Notes: generated from the letters alone by a model not told the origin. 64,000 bases of DNA from Myxococcota bacterium (GCA_044344255.1 JBIJDH010000002.1:224001-288000), one strand, 5' to 3'. Shown: positions 48,319-59,422, counted from the stretch's first letter. Made by a program: numbers and translations.

Positions 48319-49623
48319 ATGCCGCCTGCCTCCACCGCGCGCGCCCCGCTCGAGGCGCCGCCGGCCGCCTCCGCCCCCCTCGCCGAGCGGATGCGCCCGC
48401 GGCAGCTCGATGAGGTGGTGGGCCAGCAGCACCTCGTCGGCCCCGATGCCCCCTTCCGGCGGGCGCTCGAGGCCGGGCGCTTACGCTCGGTGCTGATCTG
48501 GGGCCCGCCCGGCAGCGGCAAGACCACGCTCGCTCGCTGTATCGCCGCCACCGGCCGCTTCCGCTTCGTGCAGCTCTCGGCCGTGCTCGCGGGGGTGGCC
48601 GAGCTCCGCGAGCTGCTCGCCCAGGACATGCCCCTCGATCGGCGCCGGGTGCTGCTCTTCGTCGATGAGATCCACCGCTGGAACAAGGCCCAGCAGGACG
48701 CCCTGCTGCCGCATGTCGAGTCGGGTCGCCTGCTGCTCGTCGGCGCCACGACGGAGAACCCGGCCTTCCACCTCGTGCCGGCCCTCCGCTCGCGCACCGA
48801 GCTCCTCACGCTGGTCGCCCTCAGCCCGGACGACCTGCGCGCCCTGCTCGAGCGGGCCCTGGCTGACCCCGAGCGCGGCCTCGGTGACCGGGGCCTGACC
48901 GCCGAGGAGGGCCTGCTGGAGCGCATCGCCCACGCGGCCGACGGGGACGCCCGCCGCGCCCTCGGCCTGCTTGAGGGGCTGGCCGACCGCGGCGCCCTCA
49001 CGGCCGCGGCCCTGTCCGAGCTCGGCCAGACCATCCTCCACGATCGCGACGGGGACGCCCACTACGACGTGGTCTCTGCCTTCATCAAGTCGATGCGGGG
49101 CTCCTCGGCCGACGGCGCGCTGTACTGGATGGCCCGGATGCTCGAGGGCGGGGAGGACCCCGTGTTCGTCGCCCGCCGCCTCGTCATCTTCGCGGCGGAG
49201 GACGTGGGCAACGCGGATCCGCGCGCGCTCCAGGTGGCGGTGGCGGGGATGGAGGGCGTGCGGCTGATCGGCATGCCCGAGGCCCGCATCCTCCTCGGTC
49301 AGGTCTGCACCTACCTGGCCACGGCGCCGAAGAGCAACGCCGCCTACAAGGCCATCGACGCCGCGATCGCCTCGGTGCGCGGCCGCGGCGCGCTGCCGGT
49401 GCCCCTCCACCTCCGCAACGCGCCCACCGCGCTGGCCCGATCGATGGGGCACGGCGCCGCCTACCGCTACCCCCACGACCACCCTGACCACATCGTCGAG
49501 CAGCAGCACCTGCCCGACGCCCTCGTCGGGGTGCGCTTCTACAGCCCCACCGACCAGGGCTACGAGAAGACCGTCGGGGAGCGCCTCGCCTGGTGGGAGG
49601 GCCGCCTTCGGGCCCGGCGGTGA
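48319..49623 (+). CDS. rarA: Replication-associated recombination protein A (RarA/MgsA)
   Basis: PLAERMRP, WGPPGSGKTT, FVDEIHR, GATTENP, SAFIKSMRGS, EDVGNADP, PKSN, VPLHLRN. Confidence 0.95.
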   Translation: MPPASTARAPLEAPPAASAPLAERMRPRQLDEVVGQQHLVGPDAPFRRALEAGRLRSVLIWGPPGSGKTTLARCIAATGRFRFVQLSAVLAGVAELRELLAQDMPLDRRRVLLFVDEIHRWNKAQQDALLPHVESGRLLLVGATTENPAFHLVPALRSRTELLTLVALSPDDLRALLERALADPERGLGDRGLTAEEGLLERIAHAADGDARRALGLLEGLADRGALTAAALSELGQTILHDRDGDAHYDVVSAFIKSMRGSSADGALYWMARMLEGGEDPVFVARRLVIFAAEDVGNADPRALQVAVAGMEGVRLIGMPEARILLGQVCTYLATAPKSNAAYKAIDAAIASVRGRGALPVPLHLRNAPTALARSMGHGAAYRYPHDHPDHIVEQQHLPDALVGVRFYSPTDQGYEKTVGERLAWWEGRLRARR

Positions 49624-49718
49624 CCGCGCGCAGGCCGCCCGCGATCGGCGAGGCGGTCGAGGCGGGCGGGGCGGATACGGGAGGAGACCCCACCGGTGCG
49701 GGCTACCCAGGAGTGAAC

Positions 49719-50552
49719 ATGTCGGATCGGATCCCCGAGCGCGGCGAGGCCGAGGGCCGCGTCCACCTCGAGCTCAAGGAGGGCACCGCCGAGCTCTGGC
49801 TGGACCGCCCGGCCCGCCGCAACGCCCTCGACTGGACCATGTGGCTGCGCCTCGACGCGCTCTTGCAGGAGGCGGCCCTCGCCCGGCCGCGGGCCCTCGT
49901 GCTGCGCGGCGAGGGGCCGAACTTCTGCTCGGGGATGGACCTCAAGCCCGACAACCCCATCGCGGGGCGCGCCCTCGCCGCGATCCTCGGGCAGGACGTG
50001 GAGGCCGCCCGCGGCATCTTGCACGACCTCAAGGCCATCCTGGCCCGCCTCGCCGCCTTCCCAGCCCCCACCATCGCCGCCATCGAGGGGGTCTGCGTGG
50101 GCGGCGGCCTCGAGCTCGCCCTCTGCTGCGACGTGCGTATCGCGGCCACCGACGCCCGCTTCGCGCTCCCTGAGGTCCGAATCGGCATGATCCCCGACCT
50201 CGGCGGCACGGCGCGAGCCTCGCGGCTGATCGGGCGGGGGCGCGCCGTCCTGCTCATCTGCGGCGGCGCGCCGATCTACGGCGAAGAAGCCCACCGCTTC
50301 GGCCTCGTCGACCGCCTCGTCCCCACCGGCGGGGCGCGGACCTCCGCCCTCGCCCTCGCCGCCGACATCCGTCGCGGTGGGCCGATCGCCGTCAGCCTCG
50401 CGCTCGACACGCTGCGCGCCACCGGGGAGCTCCCCCTGGAGGACGCGCTCGAGCAGGAGACGGAGGCCGGCGCGCAGGCCATCGCGTCCGGGGAGGGCCA
50501 GGAGGGGCTCACCGCCTGGATCGAGCGGCGGGAGCCCCGCTGGGAAGCCTGA
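49719..50552 (+). CDS. Enoyl-CoA hydratase/isomerase family protein
   Basis: LDRP.RRNAL, FCSGMDL, GGGLELALCCD, PEVRIGMIPD.GG; AGGAG RBS. Confidence 0.9.
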   Translation: MSDRIPERGEAEGRVHLELKEGTAELWLDRPARRNALDWTMWLRLDALLQEAALARPRALVLRGEGPNFCSGMDLKPDNPIAGRALAAILGQDVEAARGILHDLKAILARLAAFPAPTIAAIEGVCVGGGLELALCCDVRIAATDARFALPEVRIGMIPDLGGTARASRLIGRGRAVLLICGGAPIYGEEAHRFGLVDRLVPTGGARTSALALAADIRRGGPIAVSLALDTLRATGELPLEDALEQETEAGAQAIASGEGQEGLTAWIERREPRWEA

Positions 50553-50561
50553 GGGCGGGGA

Positions 50562-51740
50562 TCAGGGCAGGGCGAGGGCCCCCTCGTCCACCCGCTCGAC
50601 CTTCTTCACCGACTTGTCGGTGAGCTCCTTCACGGTGGCCTCGGCCCAGGTCTGGTAGGCCTTCTCGTCCTCGAAGGGCTCGGCCGGCACCTTGTAGACG
50701 ATGTGCTCTTCGGCCTTGCAGCTCGAGGCGAGGTCGAGCGACCAGCGGCCCTTCACGTTGTCGCGGATCTTCTGCTCGAACTGATCCCCCCAGGTGTTGC
50801 CCTTCTCCCAGACCTGGGCGACGTGGATGCGCTGGGAGGTCTTGTCCTTCTTGCAGGTGGCCGTCTCGGAGACGACGGCGCCCCACATCAGGCGGCCCTC
50901 CTTGTTGGCGGCCTTCTTGTGGTACACGCCGGCGAGCTTGTCGGCGGCGGCCTCGTCGCCGAGCGAGCTCAAGGTGAGGCGGGCCTGCTCGACGGCCTTC
51001 CGCTTGAGGTGAGGGGCGGCCTCGACGATCGCGGCCACCGCGGCCGCGGAGGCCTTCGGATCCGCCCCGGAAGGAGAGCCCACGCCAGCGGCGTCGGGGA
51101 AGGCGTTGACCACGTTGGACTGCACCTCGGCGTCCTCGACCTTGAGCAGGAGCTGCTTGAGGCGGGGGACGGCCTCGCCGCCGGCGCTGCGGGCGTAGGT
51201 CTCGAGCACGCTGAAGAAGCGGCTCTTGTCGTTCTGGGGCCCCTTCTCGAGCTCGGTCCACAGGATGTCCTGAACCGCGGGGACGTGGCAGGAGGCGAGC
51301 GCGCGGTACCAGCGCTGGTCCCAGAACTCCTGCGGCTTCGCCTTGGCCCGGTCGACGAAGAAGGACTGCATCGCAGGGTCGTCGTTACACTTCTCGCCAA
51401 AGCCCTTGATGGCGGAGGCGCGATCGTCGGACTGCAGCTTCTCGACCCACAAGGAGGCCGCCCCTGCGGCGCCGATGTCGACGGCCTTGACGGCGGCGGC
51501 GAGGCCGCTCGTGTTGAAGGCCATCTTGGGGAAGGCGTTGTTGGCGAGCTTGCCTGCGGCCTGGGGGTTGCAGTCCGCGAGCTCCATGAACAGGGGGGCG
51601 ATCTCCGCGCCCTCTGCGAGGCCGAGCTTCTGACCGAGGGACTTGGCGTCACAGGCGGCGGCGGCCGCGGGGGTGCCGGCGGAGGCGGGCATCACCGCGC
51701 TGAGCGAGAGGAGGCCGAGGGAGATGAGGAGAGTGGGCAT
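50562..51740 (-). CDS. Secreted HEAT/ARM-like helical repeat hypothetical protein
   Basis: Signal peptide, helical repeats (AVPRLKQLL, VVNAF, ARLTLSSLG), paired Cys, Lys-rich. Confidence 0.65.
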   Translation of the reverse strand: MPTLLISLGLLSLSAVMPASAGTPAAAAACDAKSLGQKLGLAEGAEIAPLFMELADCNPQAAGKLANNAFPKMAFNTSGLAAAVKAVDIGAAGAASLWVEKLQSDDRASAIKGFGEKCNDDPAMQSFFVDRAKAKPQEFWDQRWYRALASCHVPAVQDILWTELEKGPQNDKSRFFSVLETYARSAGGEAVPRLKQLLLKVEDAEVQSNVVNAFPDAAGVGSPSGADPKASAAAVAAIVEAAPHLKRKAVEQARLTLSSLGDEAAADKLAGVYHKKAANKEGRLMWGAVVSETATCKKDKTSQRIHVAQVWEKGNTWGDQFEQKIRDNVKGRWSLDLASSCKAEEHIVYKVPAEPFEDEKAYQTWAEATVKELTDKSVKKVERVDEGALALP

Positions 51741-51939
51741 CGAATTCAGCTCCGAGGGCGGGGCGGAGTAACGAACCCCCGCGCTCCGTCAACACCGCAC
51801 CGCCGCTTCGCATCACCGATCCTGACAGGCCCTTCGCAGACGGCGCTTGCGGGCGCCCCCCGGCGGTGTGATTCTGGGGGCGCTTGGAGTCGACCATGCC
51901 GCTGCCCTGCTCTATGAATTGTTCGCCGAAGTTTCCCGA

Positions 51940-51984
51940 GAAGATGTCTGTTGTGAAGATGTCTGTTGAGACGATGTCTGCGGA
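51940..51984 (+). repeat. Three 15-bp direct repeats, each containing an in-frame ATG
   Basis: GAAGATGTCTGTTGT / GAAGATGTCTGTTGA / GACGATGTCTGCGGA. Confidence 0.85.
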
Positions 51985-52870
51985 GAGGGTGTCGGCCGGC
52001 GCGCCATGGGGTGGGCGCCCGCTGGTGCTGCTCGCGGCGCTGGCGATCGCCTGTGGCCCCACGTTCACGAGCTCCTCCGGCAAGTCTGTCTCCGGCTCGG
52101 GCGACGGCACCGAAGGGGAGGCGGAGGGTCAGGACACCGGCGAGGGGGAGGGCACCCCCGAGGACACTGGCCCCACCCAGGAGGAGCTCGACCTCGAGTG
52201 GGACGGCGCCCGCCTGGAGATCCTCTCGCCCCACTCCGGTGACTTCATCCCCTTGGGAGAGACGGCGGGCTTCGAGGCCGTCGTCTACGACGCCGCCGGG
52301 GAGGCCACCTCCTTCACTGACATCACCTGGACGAGCGACATCGACGCCGCCTGGGCCCCCACGGGCGCCTTGTTCGAGGACAGCACGCTCGGCGTGGGCG
52401 AGCACGCGCTCACCGCCACCGCGCTCCTCCCGAATGGGGACCGCCTCGCCTACGCCGTGGGCGGGGTGCTGGTGCAGGCCGAAGACGCGGGCACCTACGC
52501 CGGTGACCTCAAGGTTGACCTCACGCTCAGCTACGGCGGCACCGACTACCCCGCCTCCTGCATCGGGTCGGCCACGATCATCGTCGATGTCTACGGCGAG
52601 GCCGCGACCGGCGAGGCCGGCTGCACGCTGTCGCTGCTCGGCTACGAGCTCGACGCCTCGCACACCTTCGACTACACGCTGGTCGACGGTGACGTCAGCG
52701 GGGACTCCAGCGTGAACCTCTACTTCACCGAGTACGCCTTCGACACCGTCGGCACCATCGGCGATGGAGCCCTCCTCACCACCTGGGCCGACAGCCCCTT
52801 CGATGGCATGACGATCGAGGGCGAGCTCGACGTGGTGCGCCTCACGCGCGACACCGAGGCCGGCGGCTGA
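51944..52870 (+). CDS. Hypothetical acidic lipoprotein with Ig-like domain
   Basis: Lipobox LAIAC, DTG linker, I.SP..G...W.SD.D.....L.VGEH..T.TA Ig-like pattern. Start among 51944/51959/51974. Confidence 0.7.
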   Translation: MSVVKMSVETMSAERVSAGAPWGGRPLVLLAALAIACGPTFTSSSGKSVSGSGDGTEGEAEGQDTGEGEGTPEDTGPTQEELDLEWDGARLEILSPHSGDFIPLGETAGFEAVVYDAAGEATSFTDITWTSDIDAAWAPTGALFEDSTLGVGEHALTATALLPNGDRLAYAVGGVLVQAEDAGTYAGDLKVDLTLSYGGTDYPASCIGSATIIVDVYGEAATGEAGCTLSLLGYELDASHTFDYTLVDGDVSGDSSVNLYFTEYAFDTVGTIGDGALLTTWADSPFDGMTIEGELDVVRLTRDTEAGG

Positions 52871-52879
52871 GCACGGCGC

Positions 52880-53488
52880 GTGGGCTCGCTCGCCGGTCGC
52901 CTTCGGCCCCCGCTCGTCGGGATAGCCCTCCTGCTCGGGGGCTGCGCGAGCCCGCGGCTGCTCCGGATGGAGAACGACCTGCTGGCCGAGCAGAGCGCGG
53001 CGCTCCGCGGCGAGGTGGAGGCCTGCCGGGGCGCCTCGCCCCCCGCCGACTTCGCGGCCGTCGTCACCCTCGACCTGATCCGCGGCTACCTCGCCCGCGT
53101 CGGCTTCGACGAGGTGCGGGTGGGTCCGGGCGAGCTGCTCACCTTCACGGTGCAGGGCCAGAACACCGTCTTTGACGTCGCGGTGCAGCTCTTCCACGAG
53201 GAGCACGTGCTCTTCCTGTCGACGCACCGCTACCTCAGCCTGGAGGCCGCGAGCAGCTCCGGCAACATGGTGCTCCTGCTCACGCAGCTCGTCTCGCTCA
53301 ATTACGACATGCTGCTCGGGAAGTTCCAATTGAACCCGCGCACCGGCGACATCGCGCTCTCGGTCGAGCTCTACCTCGACGACGGGCTCGGTTACCGAAG
53401 CTTTCGCACCGCCCTGGCCCACCTCGTTCGCACCGCCGATGACCGCTACCCCGAGCTCCGCCGCGCCGCGCGGGGAGAGGGCCTGTGA
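52880..53488 (+). CDS. Lipoprotein with YbjN/CesT-like domain
   Basis: Lipobox LGGC, short coiled coil, LL..L..LNY....GKF.L....GDI.LS.EL..DDGL....F...L..L...AD..YP. Confidence 0.65.
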   Translation: MGSLAGRLRPPLVGIALLLGGCASPRLLRMENDLLAEQSAALRGEVEACRGASPPADFAAVVTLDLIRGYLARVGFDEVRVGPGELLTFTVQGQNTVFDVAVQLFHEEHVLFLSTHRYLSLEAASSSGNMVLLLTQLVSLNYDMLLGKFQLNPRTGDIALSVELYLDDGLGYRSFRTALAHLVRTADDRYPELRRAARGEGL

Positions 53489-53509
53489 TCAGTCCGCCTT
53501 GAGGATCCC

Positions 53510-54901
53510 ATGCACGCCGCCTGCGTCACCCCGCTCTACCTCCTCGGCCTCATGCTGGCCGGCCCCGACCGCCCGGCCTCGATCGGCTATGTGGACAGTG
53601 AGGCCTTCCCGATCCGCTGTCACTGGTCGGAGGAGTCTGAAGAGGACAAGTGTTCAGACGTGCTCGAGTCGGCGGAGCTCGCTTGGCAGGTGCAGGTGGT
53701 GGACGGCGGCTTCAACGAGCCGATGGGTGATGACGACGGTATCCTCGACATCTACCTCACGACCGACGGCACCGGCGGCGGCGCTTACACCCTCGGCACC
53801 TATGAGGACGACGACGGCGGCGATGACCGCAAGGGCTGCTCCAGCTACATCGCCATCGACTCCAGCATCTCCCGCGGTGCGCTCCCCTCTTTCGTCGTGC
53901 ACGAATTCCAGCACGTGACCCAGTACGCGACCGACTTCCTCGAGCCCACGCTGCCGATCTGGGAGGCCGTCGCCGCCTCGGCAGAACAGTGGACGGTCGA
54001 GAGCCTCGAGGTGGCCGGTTACTATGTCAAGGACTTCCAGCGCGAGCCCTGGCTCGGCATCCTCGGTGACTCCTACGAGCTCAGCTACTACTCGCTCTAC
54101 GAGTACGGGGCGGCCGTCTGGATCCTCCACCTCGACGCCAACTGGGGCGATGAAAACGGCGCCGCCGCGCGAGACCTCTGGGAGGCCGCCGCCCAGAACG
54201 ACTGGAACAACGAGCCCGACGTGCTCGACGCCTACGACGCCGTCACCGGCGATTGGAAGGCCGCCCTCGTCGACCTGAGCATCCAGCGGGCGCGCATCGG
54301 CACCGACCTCGCGCCGAATTGGACCGCCGCGCTCGATGAGTCGCGGATGGCGGTCAGCGTCGACCAGGACATCGACGCCGCCTCGCTCCCCGTGACCGCA
54401 GAGAGCATCGACGGGCCGGTGCCCACCGGCGTGGCCTACTTCCAGGTCGACAACCTCACGGAGGGGGAGCCCGTCACCTTCACGGTCACCTCCGACGCAA
54501 ACACCACCTGGGGGCTGGTGGTGGTCGAAGGCGAGCGGGACGGCAGCGCGATGGGCCAGGGCCTCGAGTGGACCCCGGAGGCGAGCTCTCTGCTCGTGGG
54601 CGTGCTGAGCTTCGGCAAGGACGGCTTCGACGCCGACGCCCGGCTGAATCAAGCCAGCTTCACCCTTGAGATCTCGGGGGCCGAGGAGGGCGACTCGGGT
54701 GACACCGGCGAGACCGACGATGGATCGGGGGACGGCGGCGGTGGAGGCGGCGGTGGCGGTGCCGGTGGCGGGAAGGGCTGCGGCTGCGCGAGCCCCTCAG
54801 GCGCGACCCCCTTCGGCGGCACGGTGCAGCCCGGGCTGCTCGGCCTCCTGCTCGCCGGGCTCGCGCTCCGGCGGCGGGCCCGCGACGACGACCGGGCCTG
54901 A
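53510..54901 (+). CDS. Secreted zinc metalloprotease-like protein with MYXO-CTERM sorting signal
   Basis: VHEFQH...Y...WEA.A...E zincin motif; C-terminal Gly linker, KGCGCAS, hydrophobic helix, RRRAR. Confidence 0.8.
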   Translation: MHAACVTPLYLLGLMLAGPDRPASIGYVDSEAFPIRCHWSEESEEDKCSDVLESAELAWQVQVVDGGFNEPMGDDDGILDIYLTTDGTGGGAYTLGTYEDDDGGDDRKGCSSYIAIDSSISRGALPSFVVHEFQHVTQYATDFLEPTLPIWEAVAASAEQWTVESLEVAGYYVKDFQREPWLGILGDSYELSYYSLYEYGAAVWILHLDANWGDENGAAARDLWEAAAQNDWNNEPDVLDAYDAVTGDWKAALVDLSIQRARIGTDLAPNWTAALDESRMAVSVDQDIDAASLPVTAESIDGPVPTGVAYFQVDNLTEGEPVTFTVTSDANTTWGLVVVEGERDGSAMGQGLEWTPEASSLLVGVLSFGKDGFDADARLNQASFTLEISGAEEGDSGDTGETDDGSGDGGGGGGGGGAGGGKGCGCASPSGATPFGGTVQPGLLGLLLAGLALRRRARDDDRA

Positions 54902-54909
54902 GTCGCCTC

Positions 54910-55755
54910 ATGCGCGCGCTGATCACAGGGGCGCAGGGGCGGCTCGCCGCCCGCTTCATCGAGCGGATGGGCGTCACAGACGAGCTGCTCGCCCTCTCGC
55001 CGGTCCCCGTGGCGCATCTCGGCGTGCCCTGCGCCGTTGGGGAGATCGACACGCCCGGCCTGATGGAGGCGCTGGCGCCGGGCTGCGAGACCCTCGTCCA
55101 CTTCGCCCCCGACGCTCTCCGCACGATCGAGTCGCCCGAGGCCCGGGAGGCCGCCACGCGACGGCTGCTCGAGGCCGCGGTGCGGGTGGGGATCCGTCGC
55201 CTCGTCTACGTCAGCTCGGCCTGGGCCCCCGAGGCGGGGGACGCGGCCGCCGAGGCCCTCGCCCTCGCGGGCGGCCCCCTGCGCGGCGTCCTGCTGCAGA
55301 CCCCGCTCCTCCTCGGCCCCGATGACGCCTGGGGCCACGCCGCCGGGCTCCTTCGCTGGGCCCTCGACCCCACCCTCCCGGCGCTCTCGGTGGCTGAGGC
55401 GGAGCGCCCGATCAGCTTCATCGACGAGCGAGACCTCCAGGGCGCCCTCGAGGCGGCGCTCCACCGCGGCCAGGCGGGTCGCTGTTACCCCCTCGCGGGG
55501 GGGCTGGCGGGCTGGTCGGCGCTGCGGGACCGCTGTCGTTGGCTGGCGGCGACCGCCGAGCCGGAGGCCGCCTTGCGCTTGCACGGGCCGGTCGACCTCC
55601 GCTATGGGCAAGTGGGCCTCGACCCCGACGACCGGGAGGCCCGCCGCGACCTCGGCTGGTGGAACCGCGACCCCGACCGCAGTCTCGACGACGCCGTCCG
55701 GGCCTGGCTCCGCCGGGAGGCGACCGTCTCGCTTACAGGCTCCGCGGATCCGTGA
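54910..55755 (+). CDS. NAD-dependent epimerase/dehydratase-like (extended SDR), degenerate
   Basis: ALITGAQG, LVH.A, RRLVYVSS, LGP.D, SFID.RD, ARRDLGW; no YxxxK motif seen. Confidence 0.65.
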   Translation: MRALITGAQGRLAARFIERMGVTDELLALSPVPVAHLGVPCAVGEIDTPGLMEALAPGCETLVHFAPDALRTIESPEAREAATRRLLEAAVRVGIRRLVYVSSAWAPEAGDAAAEALALAGGPLRGVLLQTPLLLGPDDAWGHAAGLLRWALDPTLPALSVAEAERPISFIDERDLQGALEAALHRGQAGRCYPLAGGLAGWSALRDRCRWLAATAEPEAALRLHGPVDLRYGQVGLDPDDREARRDLGWWNRDPDRSLDDAVRAWLRREATVSLTGSADP

Positions 55756-57658
55756 GCTTTCCGGTGACGGCGCTGGCCGCCGCGACGGCCGGGCTCACGA
55801 GGTAGACCGGGCCGGGGCCGCCCATGCGGCGATCGAAGTTCCGGTTGGTGGTGCTGGCGGTGACCTCGCCTGCGAGGGGGATCCCCGGCCCGTTGCCGAT
55901 GCAGCTCCCGCAGCCGGGCTCGCTGACGACCGCGCCCTTGGCCCGGAAGAGGGCGAGCAGGCCCTGGGCCTCGGCGGCCTCGGCCACGGCGGTGGAGGAG
56001 GGGGTGACCGTGACCCGCACGCCCGCGTGGATGTGGCGCTCGCGCAGCACGTCGGCGGCGGCGCGCAGATCGGAGAGTGAGCCCCCGGTGCAGCTCGCGA
56101 TGACGACGTTGTGGATCGCGACCTCCCCGGCCTCCGAGAGGGCCACGCGGTTGCGGGAGTCGCCCGGCGTGGCCACCGTCAAGGGGACCAGGTCGAGATC
56201 GACCTCGATCACGCGCTCGTAGTGGGCCCCCTCGTCGGGGTAGACCATCCGCTCGGCGTAGTCGTGGCCGCGCTGGGCCTTGAGGAACTCGAAGAGGGGG
56301 GCGCAGGGCTCGACCACGCCGGTCATCAGCCCACCCTCGACGGTCATGTTGGTGATGACCGACAGCTCGTCGACGTTCCACTGGTCGAGCCCGGGGCCGC
56401 CGAGCTGGATGACGCAGGTGTCGGTGGGGCCGCTCCGCCAATGCTCCTCGCGGAAGTAGGGGTCACCGATGAGGTGCAGCACGAGGTCTTTGGGGGAGAG
56501 GACCCCGCGGGCGCTGCCGCGCACCAGGACGCGCACCACCTTCGGCACCGTGACGGGGATGAGGCCCGTGCGCAGCGAGAAGGACATCGCGGTGGAGCCC
56601 ACCCCGAAGGCGAAGGCGTTGAGCACGCCCGCGGTGGGGGTGTGGGAGTCGGTGAGGATGACGATGTCGCCGGGGCGGGCGTAGTCCTCGACCACGATGC
56701 GGTGGCAGACGCCGGCGGGGTAGGGCCGACCGGGCCCGTGGACGCGGAGCCCGTGCTGCTCGGCGGCGTCGAACATCTCGCGGGCGAGCTGGCGGGCCGG
56801 CTCGAGGCGGGCCTTCTTGACCGAGGCGGGCACGGTGGCGTGATCGATGAGGACGAAGTGGTCCTCGAAGCAGGCCACCTGATCGGGATCGTGCACCGGC
56901 GCGGCGCCGAAGGCCTCTGTGTAGAGTGCCATGCACATGCCGGCCGTGTATTCGTGCATGCCCCGGAAGCCGGCGCGGCAGAGGACCTGATCGCCCGGGC
57001 CCACCGCGCCGAGGCCGAAGGTGGGGCCCGCCTCGCCGCGGCCGGTCCAGGCGGCGGCGGCGATGATCTTCTCGACCGCGTTCATCGGCCGCGAAACGAC
57101 CGCGGTGTCGTACCAGGGCACGGTCTCGCCAGCGAGCCAGGCCATGCCGTACTGGAGCAGACCCCCGGCCTCCGACACCTGCCGGAAGAAGGGGGGGAGC
57201 GCGTCGTAGAACTCCGTGATGTCGACGTCCTGGCCGCCCTTCAGGCGGTCGAGCACGCCGAAGTCCGTGGTGAAGGGCATCCCCCCGTAGACCATGTTCT
57301 CCTGGAAGATGCGCTGGAAGCTGTGGGCCACCACGAGCTCGATGCCGGCGCCCTGGTGCGCCACCACGGCGACCTCGCGGCTGGAGCCCGAGCCATAGGC
57401 GTCGCCGCCGACGATGACCTGAAAGCCACCCTCCTGGACAGACTCCTTCTTCACCGTCTCTTTGAAGTTCTCGAGGAAGTAGGGGCCCAGGATGGGGGGC
57501 GTGTAGCCGAGGGTGCAGGCCGCCCCGGAGATCATGGCGTCGGTGTTGACGCCGTAGGTCAACGCCTCCCCGCCGTAGTCCAAGTCGGCGCCAGCGAGCT
57601 GCGCGCGGAGGGGTGCCTGATCATCGGTCAAGTAGAGGATGCGGCCCTTGAGCTTCAT
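55733..57658 (-). CDS. Aconitase-family dehydratase with N-terminal swivel (LeuD-like) and C-terminal [4Fe-4S] (LeuC-like) domains
   Basis: GGAG RBS, NTDAMI, YGSGSSRE, SFQRIFQEN; then AVEKII, HEYT, GVCH, DSHT, IASCTGG, PGCGSC, STTNRNF. Confidence 0.85.
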   Translation of the reverse strand: MKLKGRILYLTDDQAPLRAQLAGADLDYGGEALTYGVNTDAMISGAACTLGYTPPILGPYFLENFKETVKKESVQEGGFQVIVGGDAYGSGSSREVAVVAHQGAGIELVVAHSFQRIFQENMVYGGMPFTTDFGVLDRLKGGQDVDITEFYDALPPFFRQVSEAGGLLQYGMAWLAGETVPWYDTAVVSRPMNAVEKIIAAAAWTGRGEAGPTFGLGAVGPGDQVLCRAGFRGMHEYTAGMCMALYTEAFGAAPVHDPDQVACFEDHFVLIDHATVPASVKKARLEPARQLAREMFDAAEQHGLRVHGPGRPYPAGVCHRIVVEDYARPGDIVILTDSHTPTAGVLNAFAFGVGSTAMSFSLRTGLIPVTVPKVVRVLVRGSARGVLSPKDLVLHLIGDPYFREEHWRSGPTDTCVIQLGGPGLDQWNVDELSVITNMTVEGGLMTGVVEPCAPLFEFLKAQRGHDYAERMVYPDEGAHYERVIEVDLDLVPLTVATPGDSRNRVALSEAGEVAIHNVVIASCTGGSLSDLRAAADVLRERHIHAGVRVTVTPSSTAVAEAAEAQGLLALFRAKGAVVSEPGCGSCIGNGPGIPLAGEVTASTTNRNFDRRMGGPGPVYLVSPAVAAASAVTGKLTDPRSL

Positions 57659-57684
57659 ACGGCGGTCTCCAGGAGGCCGGCCGA

Positions 57685-58607
<923 letters not shown>

Positions 58608-58611
<4 letters not shown>

Positions 58612-59381
58612 TCGAGCTCCAGCACCACGGGTGCGTGATCGGAGGTCTTCTCGAGCTTGCGGGTGGCGCGATCGATCTCCACCGACCGGACCCGGGCGAG
58701 CACGCTCCGGCTCACGAGGTGGTGGTCGATGCGCATGCCGAAGCCGCGCTGGAAGCCGCCGCCGCGGTAGTCCCACCAGGTGTGGGCGTAGCGGCCGCTC
58801 TCGTCGCCGTGGAGGTGGCGCCAGGCGTCGGTGAGGCCGAGGTCGAGCAGGGACTGGAAGCGCCGCCGCTCGGGCTCGCTGCAGAGCACCTTGTCCTTCC
58901 AGGCGACAGGGTCCCAGACGTCGCGGTCGTCGGGGGCGATGTTGAAGTCTCCGCAGACCACGAGGGCGTCGTCGGCCGGGGTGTCTGTCGGGAGCCAGGC
59001 CTGGAGGGCGTCGAGCCACTCGAGCTTGTAGGCGTACTTCTCCGAGCCTACCTCTTGGCCGTTCACGACGTAGAGGTTGACCACCCGAACCCCGCCGGTG
59101 GTGGCGGCGATGCCGCGGGCCTGCGGATCGCCGGCGAGGGGCACCCCGGTGACGACGTGGCTGAGCGGGGTTCGGGAGGCGATGGCCACGCCGTTGTAGG
59201 TCTTTTGGCCCGAGAGCACGACGTTGTAGCCGGCCTCGTCAAAGACCTCGTGGGGGAACTGCTCCTCGACACACTTGAGCTCTTGGAGGCAGAGCACGTC
59301 GGGCTTGTGGGTGGCCAGCCACTCCGGCAGGAGGTGGAGGCGGGCCCGGATCGAGTTGATGTTCCACGTCGTGATGCGCAT
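58608..59381 (-). CDS. xth: Exodeoxyribonuclease III (AP endonuclease)
   Basis: TWNINSIR, LQELK, YNGVAI, GDFNIAP, WWDYR, RIDH, SDHAPV. Confidence 0.95.
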
Positions 59382-59422
59382 CGGGCCGCCTTAACCGGGG
59401 GCCCCGCGCCCGCGCACGGCCC

